Of a stretch of 64,000 nt of DNA, positions 13,681 through 26,560 are shown piece after piece (the stretch's first letter is position 1; each line of letters begins with the position of its first letter). A program made the position numbers and the translations under genes. The DNA lies in the NCBI RefSeq assembly GCF_964213995.1, contig NW_027590164.1:868001-932000 (forward strand). The letters are read 5' to 3'. A model generated the notes under the pieces. It was not told where the DNA came from and made no database searches. It worked only from the letters and a program-made list of their open reading frames with translations. The DNA is from Mustelus asterias (taxonomy: Eukaryota).

Positions 13681-14389
13681 TGTTTAGCCTGTCTGTCCTA
13701 CATGTGACTCCAGTTCCACAGTGATGAAGCTGACCCTTACGTGCCTCTGAAATTGACAAAACAGCCATTCAGGTGTTTCAAAGTTGCTGCAGAAAGTCAA
13801 ACATAAATAAAACCGACCAGAGGGCAATTATTACAAAAAGGTAGTTCACAACCGCCTTCTCAGTATGGGCAATTAATGCTGACTTTGTCAGTGATGCCCA
13901 TATCCAGAGAATGAATAGAACAGTGCAAACTACTGCGAATTCCGGAAATCTAAAAGTAATACAACAAAAAAGGCAGGTCAGTGGGCATTAGCAGTGGGTG
14001 AAACAGATTCTCATTTCAGGCCGATGACAGAATGTAAAATCTCATTGATAAAATTCGATATAACAGGACTGTTCTGCCCTGTGTCCTGGCCACTCATTCT
14101 TCAACTAAAATCACAAAATTACTGTTCATTTATCACATCTCGTTTGTGGGAGCTTGCTGTGCACCAAATACTTGTTGTATGTCCAACATTACAGCAGTGA
14201 ACAACTTCAGCGAAAATATATCAGTGAGTTTTAAATGGTTTGGGACGACCTAACGTCAGGTAAAGCGTTATGAAACTGCAAGGCCTTTCCAAATGTTAAT
14301 ATTATAAAATGCAAGAATCGATATGTTAAAAGCTGTGAGATTAATGCTATTATCGTCACTCCTCTGCCTGATGTTTTAACGTGTCTAGT

Positions 14390-14900
14390 TTTAGTAGATT
14401 AAATCATCAATCAAATTGACATTCAGTGGAATACCAGTCTTTTCAGACATGTTTTATTTATCCTGACATCAGAACTTTCAGAACAAATTCTTGATTAGAG
14501 GGTATTTTTTTATTTGAATTAAATAGCGTCTGATCGAATGGGTATTCACGAAGTTTCTATTGATTTTGAACCTGCTGTCAATATACTTAAAATAAACCGC
14601 TATTTTGAATTGAAACTAATGAATAAATGACGGTTTATCTGGTTTTGCTGCCATGAACATCTCATTGTAACCAGTGAGGTGTTTATGGAAATAAACACAG
14701 AAATAGAAATCCCAGATTAGATTTATTGATTGACAAAAACACAACAAATATTTCCCCATCAACACAGCACAGAAATAGAGGCAAACATGCAAATCAATCA
14801 TTGGATTCCAGTTGTGATTGTTTTTTGGGCATATTTTTTCATCAGTTATATGCACAAAACAAGCTATGATTATCAATGTTCAAAATTAGGAAAGATTCCC
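14390..14900 (-). other. Endogenous viral element: rhabdovirus-like L methyltransferase fragment (paralog at 31540-32060)
   Basis: HNWNPMIDLHV (14784-14816), FLCCVDG (14755-14775), AAKPDKPSF (14625-14652), EYPFDQ (14530-14547), in order; cf. HYKLKPILDDLNV / FLSCGDG / GASPEPPSA / WEYPSDL. Confidence 0.8.
14787..14794 (+). promoter_or_regulatory. Octamer ATGCAAAT in conserved block (copy 1)
   Basis: Exact octamer, retained in the paralog at 31929-31936. Confidence 0.5.
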
Positions 14901-15094
14901 TCTAATCACAAAATATAAGGACGCGGCGATTTAATGTGCTTTATCTCTCTTTGTCTTTCTCCTCTCTGATTCTGTGTCTTGTTTTGTCTCTCCACGATGG
15001 GTCAATGTCTTTACTCAACAACATCAAGTCAAACTCCAGCAAATGTATTCTCTCAGGTCTATTTTCAGGCCTCTAACTAAATGGATTTAATTCA

Positions 15095-15390
15095 ATCTAT
15101 AGAGGGAGCTTTTCTCCAATATGTATCTTGATCATTCCCTGTATCTAACCCTTTCTGTCCCAGCGTCCAATTGTTTCAATGGACAGTGTAGAGAGGTTTT
15201 TACTGCTTCTAAACAGTCTTCATTTGCTGGAAATGCTTGATTGAGATAGTGTGGATGGAGTTTCACTTTTTATCTATCCCGTGCTACACCTGCTTGGGAG
15301 TGTTTAATGTTGCACTGTGCAGGGAGCTTTACATTCGGTGCCTAAACACATGCTACACCTGCCCTTGGAATGTTTGATGGGACACTAGGC
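15095..15390 (+). repeat. ~68-bp satellite (GGGAGCTTTACTCTGTATCTAACCC...GGGAGTGTTTGATGG-like); paralog 32240-32870
   Basis: Tandem degenerate units visible in both copies. Confidence 0.7.
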
Positions 15391-15704
15391 CCTGTCTCTG
15401 TATTGCACTCATCTGTGACCTGTCTCTGCTGATGTTAAATTAACTAATCCCTGTTTCGGTTTATATTAAAGAAGATTTTGTCTCTGTTCACATTACACTA
15501 GACGTACTTTCTGTTTATAATAAACTAGATGCTGTCTCTGTTTATATTACACGTCACCATGTCTCTGTTCATATTGAGATCGACAATGACTCTGCTTTTA
15601 TTAATGTGGACCAGTCTCTGTACTAAACTGGATGCACTTGACCATGTCCATGTTCATTTTATATTGGGCACGGACTCAGTTATTACTGCACTAGACAATG
15701 CGCA

Positions 15705-15980
15705 ATAATGTGAAAAGTGGCTATGGGAACACGGTTCTCTGCATCCTCCTACAGGTACAACTCTGACGGATGGAGACAAGTCTTGGGAACTGGAAAAGAA
15801 GAAGTGATATTTGAAAGCTCATTCTACTGATGCATTGAAAATAGATATCAAAACCTGCGCAGCATACACTGTCGATCCAATATTTTCCGTTTCAAGATCC
15901 TGCTGAATACAGATGTTTATAGCCCAGCATATTTATGCATTATATTATCTCTCTACCTCACAGAACCGTTGAGTAATGTT
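15705..15980 (-). other. Endogenous viral element: L capping-domain HR-motif fragment between oppositely oriented minisatellite arrays (paralog 33235-33570)
   Basis: Paralog reads LH/RFYE (1-nt gap), ~36 codons later SIHFQ, then HSVPCSGGCRE (cf. HR...IHFQ...HxxCxxC). Confidence 0.5.
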
Positions 15981-17419
15981 CATGGAGCCATAGTTCAGAC
16001 AGAGGAATACTATAGTGCAGTAATAACAGTGACCTGGTCTCGCGAATTATAGACAGAGTCAGGATCAAATGTCATATAAACAGGGATTGGGTCTAGTGCA
16101 TCATAAACTAAGCTCTGGTCAAGCAGAGTATTAACAGAGACAGGATCTATTTTAATATAAACAGAGGCCTTATGCAGTGAAATAGAAATGAGGTCGTGCC
16201 GAGTGCTTTGTGGGAAGTTAAAGGCAAAATACTGGCCTTACGAGAGACACCCACAGCCCATGAAAGAAATATTTTAACAATATGGATGACATCAACGAGT
16301 ACAAGAAAAACTGAGATGGTGTCCAGTGCAATTTAACCGAATGCAGTTACTTGCGCGATATAAACTGAGACACATAGTGTCAATTACTGATACAGGCCTG
16401 AACCGATATTAACTGAGGCAGAGCTTAGCGCATTAGCAGTAATTACTGATACAGATTCTGGACTGACATAAACTGAGACAGAGTCCAGTGTGTTAGTGGT
16501 CATTACTGATGCAGTACCGAGACTGATAAAAACTGAGACAGAAATTAGTGTGTTATTAATGATTAGAGATACGCTATTTAGAGTGATATGAACTCAGAAA
16601 AAGGATAGTGCATTGGTAATAATGATTAATATGTGATCTAGACTGGCATACACTGAGATATGGACAATGCAGCAAATTAGAGGGATCACATGTGCAATAA
16701 TAACAGAGGCAGGGCATAGTGTTGAGTAAACAAATACATGCACTTGTGCAGCATTAACTAAAACAGTGTCGAGTTTATTAGATCTAATGAACCATTAGAG
16801 TAATGACAGTGACCGAAACTTTTGTAACTCAAGAAGGATGTTGCTCCAGTGTAGGAGTCACAGATAAAGGTTCTGATGCAGTAGGAATTGAGACACAGTC
16901 TCTTCCCAGATTGAAGATTTAAAGCTTATTTATTGGTGTCATAAGTAGGCTTACATTCACACTGCAATGAAGTTACTGTGAAGAACCCCGAGTGGTCACA
17001 CTCCGGCGCCTGTTTGAGTACACTGAGGGAGAATTTATCATGGCCAAAATGCACCAAACCAGCACCTCTTTCGGACAGTGAGTGGGAACCGGAGCACCCA
17101 GAGGAAACCCACTCAGACACAAGGATAACGTGCCGACTCCACACAGACAGTCACCCAAGTTGGGAATTGAACCCGGGTCCCTGGCACTGTGCCACCGTGC
17201 CGCCCTGATTAACTGAAACATATTTCAGCACAGTCATAATTCAGAAACCATCGTTAGAACAGGCCTTGGCTTCACTTATGAACAACTGATAATGAGCCGA
17301 GTAGAGAAACAACAGAGACAGGACATGCTGTAATGTGGCTGGGACATGGCCTGTTGCAATACAAACAGACGTGGGGGCCAGTTGAACGTAAGCAGCGATA
17401 TGACATGTTCAAAATCATT

Positions 17420-19290
17420 TAATGAGGTTTTGCTGTCACTGGTAAAGTAGGATTTGTTGCCACTTCTATTTTTTCATCTGAGAATGTGCGAGTGAGCCCT
17501 CTTCTTAAATCATTGCATTCGATATGAGTAAGTACACATACAGTGCTGATAGGAAGGGAGTTGCAAGATTTTCATCCATTGACACTGAAAAAATAGTGAT
17601 ACAGATCCCAGTCAAGACGGTGTGGAGGTTTTATGGGCATTTGCAGATAATTGTGTTCTCATGCATCTGCTGCCCTTGTCATTTTAAGTGTAAGAGTTAA
17701 TGTGTTTGGAAGTTGCTACCAAAGCATTATTTTGCTCCTATACAAGTTGTATATGGTTCACACGGCTAGAGTTGTACATCTGTGATGCAGAGAGTGAATG
17801 TTTAAAGTGGTTGGTGGGGTGTCCATCCAGCCGCCTGCTTTTTACTGGGTGGTTTCGAGCTTTTTGGGTGTTGGTTCAGGACCATACGCCAGGCAAATGG
17901 AGAATATTCAATCACAATCCTGACTTTTGCCTTTATATGATGGAGAGGTTTGGGAAGTCAGGAGGTGAGTTACTCAACGCACAATTCCCAGCCTCTGACC
18001 TGCTTTTGTAGCAATATTATTTACATGACTATCCCAGTTCAACTTTCCATCGATGGTAATTCCCAGAATGATGATAGTGGGGTTTCAGCTGTCGTCATTC
18101 CATTAATGGCAAACTCCCCTACCTGAAAGGGTCATTGGGTGTCACTTGGGTGGCGCGAATGTCACATGCCACTTCACAGCCAAAACCTGAATGTTTTCTA
18201 AGTCTTTCTGCTTACGGACACGGATAGCTTCAGTCTCTGAAAAGTTGTAAATGTGCTGAACATCGTGCAATCATCGGTGAACATCCCACTTCTGAGCTTG
18301 TATTGAAGCGTGAATATTAGGCCGAGGGCACTATCCTGAGGAGTTCCTTCAGCAAATGCCCTGTGACTGAGATGATTGGCTTTCAACAGCCACAACCATC
18401 TTACTCTGTGCTCGGTATGACTGAAGCCAGTGGAATGTATTTTTTCCCTGGATCCCCATTGACTGCAGCTTTGCTCGGGCTTCTTGATGCCACAATCGGT
18501 CCAGCGCTGCGTTGATGTCGAGAGCAGGCACTCTCACCTCACCTCATTAAAGCAGCTATTTCCACTATATTTGGACTAAGCTTCAGTAATTTCTGGAACT
18601 GAGTGCTCCGAGTGGGACCCAAACAGAGCGTCATTGAGCAGAATACTAGTATTTGTAGTTGTAGCAGCATTGTTATTATTATATGATTATTACTTTTTTA
18701 GATGATCCTTCATAGTTCCCATTACGTTGATCGAGTGAGGACGCATTGGGCGGTAGTTGGTCGGGTTGGGTTTGTCCTACCTTCTGAAACAGGTCATGTC
18801 TGCCAATTTTCACACTGTTGTGTATGTGACCGTGATATAGCTAATCTTGAATAGATTGGCTAAGGCTCAGCGAGCTCCAGAGCACAAATCGCTATTATTA
18901 TTGCTGAAATATTGTCAGGATCCATAATCTTTGCAGTATCCAATGCTTTCAGCACAGGGTTAGGCCCACAGATCAATCATGATCATATTGCATGGCGGAG
19001 CGGGCTCCAGGAGCTGAATGGTCTACTCCTATTCCTATCCTCCATGTTATCATGCTGAATGAGTTGACCTCCTTGGAGACTGGCATCTGTGATGTTCGGG
19101 GCATCAGGGAGAGGCCGAGATGGAACATCTTCTGGGTGAAGATGGTAGCAATTGTTTCAGTCTTGTTTCTTTTCCCTTTTGCAGAGCTCCCCCATCATTA
19201 AAAATGGGGCTTTCGTTTGAGGCTCCTGCTGCAGTTACTTGTTTAAATGTCCATCACCATTCAGGACTGCATGTGGCAGAACTGCAAAGT
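17420..19290 (-). mobile_element. CR1/L2-group LINE RT plus 3' end (paralog 35350-36320)
   Basis: ORF 18349-18537(-) ALDINAALDRLWHQ; 18198-18395 GTPQDSALG...FTDDCT. Confidence 0.8.
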
Positions 19291-19666
19291 TAGGGTCCAG
19301 TGTAGTATTTATTGAGGCAGTGCCTTCTTCATGTAATGTAAACCATCAAGGTGCCAATTCCATCTGCTGGCAAAATTCTGCAATTACAGTTACTGTAAAT
19401 ATATCGCTGTCAGGTATGATTTATGCGAGTAATATACAAAGAATTCACATTCATAAATGTAATACCACATCCCCTTCTGCGGAAAGTGCCCAAATTTAAG
19501 GTGCAACGAATTATAGATTAGATGTACGTTGCTGAATAATACAGGTTAAGTTGTGTCCCGCAGGAATCTGTCTTGAGGTCTCAATTATTTACAATATTCA
19601 TAACGGCTTAGATAATGCCACAAAAAGTCAAATAATCCAAATAATAGATCAAGGTAGTTTTTAGAA

Positions 19667-20021
19667 GGCACGGTAGCACAGTGGTTAGCACTGCTGCTTC
19701 ACAGCTCCAGTGTCCCGGGTTCGATTCCCGGCTCGGGTCACTGTCTGTGTGGAGTTTGCACATTCTCCTCGTGTCTGCGTGGGTTTCCTCCGGGTGCTCC
19801 GGTTTCCTCCCACAGTCCAAAGATGTGCGGGTTAGGTTGATTGGCCAGGTTAAAAAAAAAATTGCCCCTTAGAGTCCTGGGATGTGTAGGTTAGTGGGAT
19901 TAGCGGGTAAAATATGTGGGGGTGGGGGTAGGGCCTGGGTGGGAATGTGGTCGGTGCAGACTCGATGGGCCGAATGGCCTCCTTCTGCACTGTAGGGTTT
20001 CTATGAATCTATGAATCTATG
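19667..20021 (+). mobile_element. Full-length young HE1-type V-SINE
   Basis: A/B-box tRNA head, V-domain, CR1-like tail GCAGACTCGATGGGCCGAATGGCCT, (TCTATGAA)n end; other copies 22283-22517(-), 23325-23652(-), 28375-28650, 30935-31420, 50065-50370(-). Confidence 0.9.
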
Positions 20022-20024
20022 AAA

Positions 20025-20725
20025 GTAAAATTTAGTGGATGCCGAGCGAGATTTGGGTGTTCAAGTGAATAGCTTCTTAAAATGCCACGAACTGATGCAG
20101 AAAATAGTCAAGCAGGTCAACGGAATTCTGGCCTTTGTATCTAAAGGACCGGAGTATAGCGATGCAGATGTTATGCTGCAATTATGCAAAATCCTGGTTA
20201 GAGCCCACCTGGAGTACTGTGCACAGGTTTGGGCACCACACCTTTGCAAAGATTTTAGTCCTGGAGGGAGTTGAACGCACGTTCACAAGAATTAGCCCTG
20301 GCCTTTCGGGGTTAAGTTGCGAGGAGAAATTAGACAAATTGGGACTTTTCCTCTCGAATTCAGAAGGTTGAGGGGTGTTCTGACAGAAATCTACAAAATA
20401 TTTACGGGTCGGATCGGGCGGATCAATAAGTTGAAGGCTCTAGAATAAAGGGCCATAATTTTAAAAAAAACAGGGCCAAGCCGTTCAGGAGAGTTGATGG
20501 AAAGTATTTCTACGCACAGAGAGTGGTGGACTTTTGGAATTCTCTTCCGCAAAGGCCAGTGGGTGCTGGTTCAATTGTTAGATTTATCTCTGAGATCGAT
20601 TTTTTTATTGAACAGGGGTATCAAGGGATATGGGCCAAGCGCAGGTACATAGGGTTTGGCCACAGATCAGCGATGATCTTATAAATGGGGGCCGAGTTCG
20701 AGAAGCTGAATGGCATGCGTCTGCT
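20025..20725 (+). mobile_element. CR1 3' fragment
   Basis: ERDLGV...LVRAHLEYCAQVWAP. Confidence 0.85.
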
Positions 20726-23700
20726 TTTTTTATTCATGCTTGGGACATGGGCTTCGCTGGCTGGTCAACATTTATTCCCCATACCTAGTTGCCCTTGAGA
20801 AGGTTATGGTGAGTTGCCTTCTTGAATCGCTGCAGTACATGTTCTGTGCGTAGACCCACAATGCCGTTAGGGAGGAAATTTAAGGATTTTGACTGAGCGA
20901 TTGTGAAGGAACGGCGATATATTTCCAAGTCAGGATGGTGAGTGGCTTGGAGGGGAACTTCTGCTCCTATGTTCCTATGATGCCAGGTCAGCATCGAAGC
21001 ATAATGCCTCAATCCATGGTAATGTATGTTTGTTCATTTTGGTTAGAAGGAGGAATGCTGACCAGGGCGCTGTTGGAGACAATGGGACCTTTAATGTTCA
21101 GTTCAGCAAACATGGTGCTGGGGAAAATGTATTTGTTCTTCATTCCATCTGAAAGATAGTTGGGGTAATTGTCTCTTAAGCCCCCCAGGAAGCAAAGATG
21201 GAGTCTTAAGTTGCAGGAAAATGTGTGTGTGTGTGTGTGTGTGCGTTGTCTGAAAAACGTCATATTGTTTACAAATCAATTTCACAATGATAACCGGCGT
21301 CCTTCCATTTAAAATAAAAAATAGACACAGAGTGAACACATCAATTTCAGAGTGGTTTCTTTTTCAAATGTCACCTTTGTTGATGACTGAGAAGGACAAT
21401 TTTTGAGAGGTTGGCTCTGTTACAAATGCTGCCCATGAAGCTACCAATTGTGGTTTTATGTTGTCGTTTTCTGTGTCATGAATGAGACCGAGGAGTCCTG
21501 ATGGAGTGCGACTTTTTCCCAAGTATGGTAGTCCCTGCTCTCCTACCGGTGTTGAATGTCTTGATGAGATTGATGAAGGTAAAGATAGGTACATTGGGAA
21601 CATGAAGCAGATATTTTCCAGAGTCAATCTTCCATTAAAAACACAACATTGTGCTTCAGGATAATCCGGATCTTCAAACAGATGAATGTTTTCAGATGTG
21701 TCACTGGCAATGATGTATATATATCTATAGTTGTTGCAGTGTCCTCTGGCGGCTTTTTTTCCGGGTAGTGTTGTGCTTTTGAATCAAGCATCTCCTGTGG
21801 AGTGCATCCTATCTTCCATTAAGAAAGAGAAGATCATAAATATTCACAGAATTGGTATTTATTTTCACCAATTGCCATCCATTCACAAAGTTGCATAATT
21901 TTGTACGCCAGTTACCAACCATTCATAGACATTAATATATTTACGTTTTAATTTAAGTGATGTGATCGTTGCTGGCTAGGTCAAAAGTTGTTGCCGATCC
22001 CTAATTGCTCTTAGTAAGCTGGTGGTGAGCCACCTTCGTGAATTGCTGTGAAGCCTGTGGTGTATGTACTCACACAGTGCTGTTACAGAGGGTGTTCCAG
22101 GATTTCAATCGAGCGACAGTGAAGGAAGGGCGATATTTTTCGAAGTCAGCTCTATGACTGACTTGGAGTGGAATTTACAGGTGATATTCCCAGGTAACTC
22201 TTACCCCTGTCCTTCCAACTGGTAACAGTCCTGTGGTTGGAAGGTGTTGCCTAATGAGTTCCTGAAGTGAAACTTGTAGATACTTAGAAACTTAGAAACC
22301 TAGAAACCCTACAGCACAGAAAGAGGCCATTCGGCCCATCGAGTCTGCACCGACCACAATCCCACCCAGGCCCTACCCCCATATCCCTCCATATTTACTC
22401 ACTAATCCCTCTAACCTACGCATCCCGGGACACTAAGGACAATTTTTAGCATGGCCAATCAACTTAACCCGCACATCTTTGGACTGTGGGAGGAAACCGG
22501 AGCACCCGGAGGAAACCGTAGATGGTGTATAATGCTGCTGTTGTTTGTCGGTGGTGGAGGGAGTGAGCATTTGCAAATGCTATGCTAGTCAAGCCGCCTG
22601 CATTTTCCTGAATGCTATAAAGCTTTTTGAATGTTGTTTGAGCTGCACTCATTCAAGCAAGTGGAAAGAACTCTATTACACTCCTGAGTTGTAGTTTTAT
22701 AGGTGGTGGACAGGTTTGGGGAGTCAGAAGGTGATTTACTCACAGCAAGCTGACCTGATATTCCAGCCGGAGCATTTATATATCGAGTTAGTTCAGCGAT
22801 TAGCCAATGGTAACCCCGACGATGTTTATAGTGGGTGATTCAGTATCGTAATATAATTGAATGACAAGGAGCAATGGGTAGATTCTCTCTTTTTGGAGAT
22901 GGTCATTTCCTGGCGCTCATATTACTAATAATCTCCAAATCACAAGAACAAATAAATATTTCACAAATTATTTTCAGCATTTTATTTGGTACAAATATAA
23001 TTGCAGTTTATTTATTGTAGTTTATTGAGATTCAAATTTATTGAGGTCACTTTGGCCTTTCTGTCACCAAAGAATCAAATCTGTCCCAGAATTCACTGGG
23101 AAGTTGAATTAAATCACACCGAGGATAATGAGCAGCTACCCAGCAGCCTCTGCGCTTTATTGACACGTAATCACCTCATCATCACACATAAATCCCTGAT
23201 ATATAACTGGAGTGTGTAACCATTTTTAAAGTGACTGTACAACTGAAAGGACCTGTATCTAATGTTATATATAATTTATAATATCGAATCTGACGGTATA
23301 GAATCTTAAGATCCAAATTAATTATTCATAGAACAACGAATCTACAGTGCAGAGTGAGACCATTGGGCCCATCGAGTCTGGAACGACCTGAATCCTACCC
23401 AGGCCCTATTCCCGTGACCCCTCATATTAACCCCACTAATACCCCTGACACAAGGGTTAATTCAGCATGGCCAATCAACCTGAGCTGCATATGTTCGGAC
23501 TGCAGGAGGAAACTAGAGTACCCGGAGGAAATCCACACAGACAAGGAGAGAAACTGCAAACTCCACAAAGACAGTGACCTGAGGACGGAATTGAACCCGG
23601 GTCCCTGGCGTTGTGAGGCAGCAGGGCTAACCAATATGACACCGTGCCGCCCTTGCACACTTACACAGTATTGGAAAGTCATTTACCACTTGGATCTGTC

Positions 23701-23849
23701 CAGTGAGTTTCACAACATTTCAATTGCCTCATTATTTTGTTAGCCTATTACCTTCGCTAATTTAGGTGATGATATGTTGAGTGATTTGTTGCACTAGAAA
23801 GGGCCATATGTTCCAAATATTACAACCTAATCCCTTTTTCCATCTTGGA

Positions 23850-24432
23850 TTTGAAGAATTTGAAGACATCGGTGAGGCTACACTTGGAATGCTGTGTACA
23901 GTTCTGGTCACCCTATAATAGAACGGATATTATTAAATTAGAAAGAATGCAGAAAAGTTTTACTAGAATGCTACGAGGCCTTGATGGTTTGAGTTGTAGG
24001 GAGAGACTGGATAGACTGGGACTTTTTCTCCGGAGCGTAGGAGGCTTGGGGGGGATCTTATAGATGTTTATAAAATAATGAGGTGCATAGATCAGCTCGA
24101 TAGTCAATATATTTTCCCAATGCTGGAGGAGTCTAAAACGAGAGGGCATAGGTTTATGATGAGAATGGAGAGATACAAAATGGTTCAGAGGGGATATTGT
24201 TTCACACAGAGTGTGGCAAGTGTCTGGAACAGGCTGCCAGAGGTAGTGGTAGAGGCGGGTACAATTTTGTCTTTTAAAAAGGGTTTAGACAGTTACATGG
24301 GTAGGATGGGTACAGAGCTTTATGGGTCAAACGCGGGAAATTGGGACAAGCTTAATGGTTAATAAAAAGGGCGGTATGGACAAGTTGGGCCGAAATGCTT
24401 GTGTCCATGCTCTCAACCTCTATGACTCTATG
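23850..24432 (+). mobile_element. CR1 3' fragment
   Basis: VRLHLECCVQFWSP...TRGHRF; (CTCTATGA) tail. Confidence 0.85.
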
Positions 24433-24539
24433 GCTCGAGTCACTGTCAGCAGACGGAAAAAAAATCAAACTGCTCCTCGTTCATTTGTTCCCGATATCTC
24501 GGGGATTGGATTCACTGAGAAAATCTGGAAGGACTAAAG

Positions 24540-26560
24540 GTTGTCGCACAGCATAAAGGTCAAGCACAGCATTAAAACAAAAGTAAAAGCATACAAAGCA
24601 GCAAAGATTAGTGGGAAGCCAGAGGATTGGGACGCATTTAAAAGCGAGCAGAGGACAACTAAAAAAGCAATAAGGGGGGAGAAGATTAAATATGAGTGTA
24701 AGCCAGCTAGTAATATAAAATAAGACAGGGAGAGTTCTTTTCAAGATAAAAAAAGGTAAGAAAGATGCAAAAATTGACATTGGACCACTGGAAAATTAGA
24801 CTGGAGAAGTATTAATAGGAAACAAAGCAATGGCAGAGGAACTGAATAGTTACTTTGTATCAGTCTTCACGGTGGAAAACACCAGTGGAATGCCAGAGCT
24901 CCAGGAGAGTCCGGGGGCACAGGTGACTGTAGTGGCCATCACTAAGGAGAAGGTTCTGGGGAAATTGAAAGGTCTGAAGGTGGATAAATCACCTGGACCG
25001 GAAGGACTACACCGCAAGGTTCTAAAAGAGATAACTGAGGAAATTGTGGAAGCATTGGTGGTGGTCTTTCAGAAATCACTGGAGGCAGGGAGTGTACCAG
25101 AGGACTGGAAAGTAGCGAATGCAACACCACTGTTTAAGATGGGAGGGAGGCAGCAGACGAGAAATTGTAGGCCGGTTAGCCTGACTTCCGTCATTGGCAA
25201 GACTTTAAATTCCATTATTAAAGATGAGATCGCAGAGTACATGGAAGTGCATGATAAAGTAGGACTGAGTCAGCACAGTTTTCTGAAGGGGAGGTAATAT
25301 CTGACACATCTGTTAGAGTTATTTGAGGAGGTAGCAAGGAAGTTAGATAAATGAGAGCCAGTGGACATAATTTATTTAGATTTCCAGAAGGCCTTTGACA
25401 AGGTGCCGAAAAAGAGACTGTTAAATAAGTTAAGTGCACATGGTGTTAAGGGTAAGATCCTGTCATGGATAGAGGATTGGTTGATTAGCAGAAGGCAGAG
25501 AGTGGGAATAAAGGGGTCTTTCTCAGGATGGCAGCCGGTGACTAGTGGTGTGCCTCAGGGGTCAGTGCTGGGACCACAACTTTTCACAGTATGCATTAAC
25601 GATTTGGAGGAAGGAACTGAAGGCACTGTTGCTAAGGTTGCAGATGATACAAAGATATGTAGAGGGACAGGTAGTATTGAGGAAGCAGGGGGGCTGCAGA
25701 AGGGCTTGGACAGGTTAGCAGAGTCAGCAAAGATGTGGCAGCTGGAATTCAATTTGGAAAAGTGTGAGGTTATGCTCTTGGAAGGAGGAATGGAGGCATA
25801 GACTATTTTCTAAATGGGAAAATGCTGAGGAAATCAAAAATACGAAGGGACTTGGGAGTCATTGTCCAAGATTCTCTTAAGGTTAAAGTGCAGGTTCAGG
25901 AAGGCAAATGCAATGTTAGCATTCATGTCGAGAGGGCAAGAATACAAGAGCAGGGGTGTACTTCTGAGGCTGTACAAGGCTCTGGTCAGACCCAATTGGA
26001 GTATTGTGAGCAGTTTTGGGCCCCATATCTAAGGAAGGATGTGCTGGCCATGGAAAGGGTCCAGTGGAGTTTCACAAGAATGATTCCTGGAATGAAGACT
26101 TGCTGTATGAGGAACGGTTGAGTCCTCTGGATCTGTACTCGTTGGAGTTTTGAAAGATGAGGGGAGATCTTATTGAATCTTTCAGGATACTGCGAGGCCT
26201 GGATAGAGTGGGCGTGGAGAGGATGTTTCAACTCGTAGGAAAAACTGGAACCAGAGGGCACAACCTCAGACTAAAGGGACGATCGTTTAAAACAGAGCTG
26301 AGGAGGAATTTCTTCAGCCAGAGTGTGGTGGATCTGTGGATCTCTTGCCGTAGAAGGTTGGAGGCCAGGTCATTGGGTGTTTTTAAGACAGAGATAGATG
26401 GGTTTGTGATTAATAAGAGGATCAGGGGTTATGGGGAAAAGGCAAGAGAATATGGGTGAGAAAAATATCAGCCATCATTGAATGGCGGGAGCAGACTCGA
26501 TGGACCGAGTAGCCTCATTCTGCTCCTATTTATTATGTCTTATGGACTTATGGTCTTATA
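24540..26560 (+). mobile_element. CR1 ORF2 RT fragment with 3' end
   Basis: DKSPGP, YLDFQKAFDKVP, SGVPQGSVLGP, ADDTK. Confidence 0.95.

Noticed and set aside
4620-17400. CRISPR array interpretation of minisatellite plus viral pieces
   Set aside because: Eukaryotic DNA, degenerate contiguous units, irregular long inserts, no cas genes
19667-19740. tRNA gene
   Set aside because: tRNA-derived SINE head continuing into the SINE body
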